Below are positions 61,553 to 64,000 of a DNA stretch of 64,000 nucleotides, piece by piece. This stretch comes from an uncultured virus (IMG/VR IMGVR_UViG_3300020207_000005) (taxonomy: Duplodnaviria; Heunggongvirae; Uroviricota; Caudoviricetes). The notes under the pieces were generated by a model. The model was not told where the DNA came from and ran no database searches. It saw only the letters and a program-made list of their open reading frames with translations. A program made the translations under genes and the position numbers. Location: the IMG/VR virus record IMGVR_UViG_3300020207_000005; one strand, written 5' to 3'. How positions within the stretch are numbered: position 1 is the stretch's first letter; every line of letters starts with the position of its first letter.

Positions 61553-62863
61553 TTACGAATTATCGCCGTTCGCTAAGCGATTTTCTAAATCATTTACCTT
61601 TCCTGTCAATTCTTTAATTGCCTCGATTAGCAATGGAACAACGTGTGCGTATCTTACCGCTTTATATTCTTCCTCATCACCATTTACATTATCAACATTA
61701 TATACTACTTCTGGTAAAACTTTTTCAATTTCCTGAGCAATCACACCAGGTAATCTTTTCTCAGGATTGTCTTTATAGTTAAATGTGTATCCGTTAATCT
61801 CTAAAACTTTTGCTAAAGCATTATCAATTGGCTCGATGTTTTCTTTTAATCTTTCGTCTGATGTAGCACCGTATGTTGTTACGTCACCTGAAAAGTGACC
61901 ATTGCCGTTTTGGTCCATAAACGCAACAATATCATTAGAGCTATTTCTTACAACAACATCTCCACCTGTAACTCTTACGTCATCTTCAAAACGACCATAA
62001 CCATTTACATCAATACCAGCTGGCATCCAAGTTAATACATCGTAAGTATTACCTGACCAATCACATCTTAATCTTCCAAATCCAACACCGACATTATTTG
62101 CACCATCTATATAAGCTCTAGCGAATGTACTCCCACTTCCGGTTTTAGAACCTGTAGGAATAAACTCATTACCTGTATAAGTTTGAAGTTCACCATCTCC
62201 ATCAAATGAAATTGTTCCATCATTTGCGATGTTGATTCCGTCTCCACCTGAGAAAGCACCTCTTGCTCTAGCATCTGTGTAATATTTGTTTGTTGAACCT
62301 TCAGAAACATCATCGGTACTTAAACCTGCACCACCTCCACCAATTGAGAGTGTTCCTACAGTTAATGTTCCTGTTACTTCAGCATCAGCTGCAACAGTCA
62401 GGTCTTCACCAACAATAATATTTGGAACTGATAAAGTACCTGCAGTTGATAATTGAAACTTAGTAGGTGCTGTACCTGTATCGATTATAAAGTTGCCAGG
62501 ATTTGAATTTTCTAATCCAACATCCCATGCGAGACTTCCGTCTGTAAATCTTACTTGTCCACCTGAACCAAAATTAAATTCTGCTGTTGTTTGACTAGCA
62601 CCATTGATTTTAATATCTGAATTGAAGTTGATTGTCGCGCCACCCGTACGTGAAGCAATTGTATCAGATTGAAGTAGAGTACTTGCAATTAAATTGGTTG
62701 ACGTGAAATCACCAATTAATGTAGCATCACCTGTTGTTGTATCACCAGTTCCTGAAGCTGTGATTGCATCAGTTCTGAAGATATTAACAACCTCGTTGGT
62801 CTTATCAAACCAGTTTTGGAAAGTCTGTGATGTATTAATTGTACTTAGTGCTGGTTTAGCCAT
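61553..62863 (-). CDS. Tail fibre-like protein with C-terminal S74 chaperone
   Basis: TFQNWFDKTNE N-terminus, TDDVSEGSTNKYYTDARAR and TSDERLKENI...GVIAQEIEKVLPEVV. Confidence 0.85.
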   Translation of the reverse strand: MAKPALSTINTSQTFQNWFDKTNEVVNIFRTDAITASGTGDTTTGDATLIGDFTSTNLIASTLLQSDTIASRTGGATINFNSDIKINGASQTTAEFNFGSGGQVRFTDGSLAWDVGLENSNPGNFIIDTGTAPTKFQLSTAGTLSVPNIIVGEDLTVAADAEVTGTLTVGTLSIGGGGAGLSTDDVSEGSTNKYYTDARARGAFSGGDGINIANDGTISFDGDGELQTYTGNEFIPTGSKTGSGSTFARAYIDGANNVGVGFGRLRCDWSGNTYDVLTWMPAGIDVNGYGRFEDDVRVTGGDVVVRNSSNDIVAFMDQNGNGHFSGDVTTYGATSDERLKENIEPIDNALAKVLEINGYTFNYKDNPEKRLPGVIAQEIEKVLPEVVYNVDNVNGDEEEYKAVRYAHVVPLLIEAIKELTGKVNDLENRLANGDNS

Positions 62864-63047
62864 TGTCTTTAGTTTCCAATTTCTCTATTTTTTCGTAAAT
62901 TGTAATGATGCTTCTTTTAATCTCGAGAATATCGTTTTGAAGTTTATCTACTTTACGATAATAACTTCTTTCTACCTTATATTTATTTAGAGCTTCGATG
63001 TCTGTGTTTATTACCGCGCCGATGTTGTCTCTTTTCATATCACTCAT
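62856..63047 (-). CDS. Small coiled-coil hypothetical protein
   Basis: RDNIGAVINTD...Y followed by a coiled coil; commonly seen after VrlC-like genes in marine T4-like phages. Confidence 0.7.
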   Translation of the reverse strand: MSDMKRDNIGAVINTDIEALNKYKVERSYYRKVDKLQNDILEIKRSIITIYEKIEKLETKDNG

Positions 63048-63054
63048 AAGTCAC

Positions 63055-64000
63055 CTACGTTAGTGCAATTCCACGATAATCTCTTAGCGTTGGAGCGTTA
63101 TATACATTAGGTGATAACATTTCAATCTTAATTGCGAACCTTCTGAAACCATCAAAATTAGTTCCAAGTGCGTTTGCATATGTTAATACACCGGTTGCTT
63201 TGTTTGCATCTGATACTCTAAACTTAAATTCTCTATAATCGTTAAGATTTGAATTACTTGAAAATACTCCGTTTCCTTCAAAGAGTTCGAGTTCAATCCA
63301 AGGATTTAAATCAAATACATCACTATCATAAGAATTTTGAGGTTTAATATAACACTTAATATCAGAACCCGTTGGACGATATCCTGTTACTATTAAATGT
63401 AAATCTTCAGCATCTGCATCTGGAGCAAGTTCAATAATTTTAGAAATATATTTCGAAGTTGTCGCAGATGAATTTGTAATCTTGTATGTGTATGCTAATA
63501 ACTTAGATGTTTCAATATCTAAGAAAGGAGTTGATGTAGTGTTATTACCATTATCGAAATCAACAGTTAAATCAAAAGCTTTACTTCTATTTGGGTCATT
63601 AGATTTACTGTAAACAATCACACCTTCTTTACTGAAGTGATTATTATTATTGAATTCCATTGGTAATGTGTAAGTTGTGTTTACATTTGTAGGTGGTACA
63701 AAAGTTCCACCAAGTAAAGTTTTCGATGTTGAATCAACTGCTCTATTAATAAGAGGTTGAACATAACTGAAGTTAATATTATCGATACTTACGATGTCTG
63801 CAGTTTTACCACTATCAAGTCCTACGATAGGCAATCCAGGAGAGAATATGTTTGAAGACCTTACTGAGGACTCTTCTAAGTGCATCTCGTAAGGATTATT
63901 CTTATTGTAATAAGATAACCTTCCTACAACAACTGGTGTTCCTGTGCCATTAGATACTGCGAAGGATGCTGGCTTATCGAGTGTAATTGTTGTTGAGTTC
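63055..64000 (-). CDS. C-terminal part of a VrlC/DUF4815-like large baseplate/structural protein (5'-truncated by the window)
   Basis: The frame stays open to the window end upstream of the track Met. The ending SKYISK.IEL...AEDL...F..FAIKI.M......P.LRDYRGIAL is typical of this family. Confidence 0.75.
   Translation of the reverse strand, partial: NSTTITLDKPASFAVSNGTGTPVVVGRLSYYNKNNPYEMHLEESSVRSSNIFSPGLPIVGLDSGKTADIVSIDNINFSYVQPLINRAVDSTSKTLLGGTFVPPTNVNTTYTLPMEFNNNNHFSKEGVIVYSKSNDPNRSKAFDLTVDFDNGNNTTSTPFLDIETSKLLAYTYKITNSSATTSKYISKIIELAPDADAEDLHLIVTGYRPTGSDIKCYIKPQNSYDSDVFDLNPWIELELFEGNGVFSSNSNLNDYREFKFRVSDANKATGVLTYANALGTNFDGFRRFAIKIEMLSPNVYNAPTLRDYRGIALT

Overview
This is a 64 kb segment of an AT-rich T4-like myovirus, resembling marine or aquatic T4-like phages of heterotrophic bacteria; the host cannot be determined from the window. 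Most of it (6956-64000, minus strand) is the virion morphogenesis region: a VrlC-like baseplate protein, several giant fibre or structural proteins, neck gp13/14/15, terminase gp16/17, sheath gp18, tube gp19, portal gp20, gp21, gp22 and major capsid gp23. T4 late promoters (TATAAATA) precede these genes, and glycan or nucleotide-sugar genes are embedded among them. The left end has a late-promoter-driven curli-secretion-like csgF/csgG operon with two small membrane proteins, and a plus-strand early cluster with perfect sigma70 promoters (DenV-like glycosylase, FkbM methyltransferase, minimal UDG-like protein). A tRNA-Glu is also present. Two observations stand out. (1) A 3388-aa putative virion protein carries 11 repeats resembling phycobiliprotein (globin-fold) domains, including the chromophore-attachment C-x-R-D motif. 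(2) A ~770-nt highly base-paired, pseudoknotted non-coding RNA has its own promoter and terminator and lies directly upstream of the tRNA. All family assignments come from motif recognition by eye; no searches were run.
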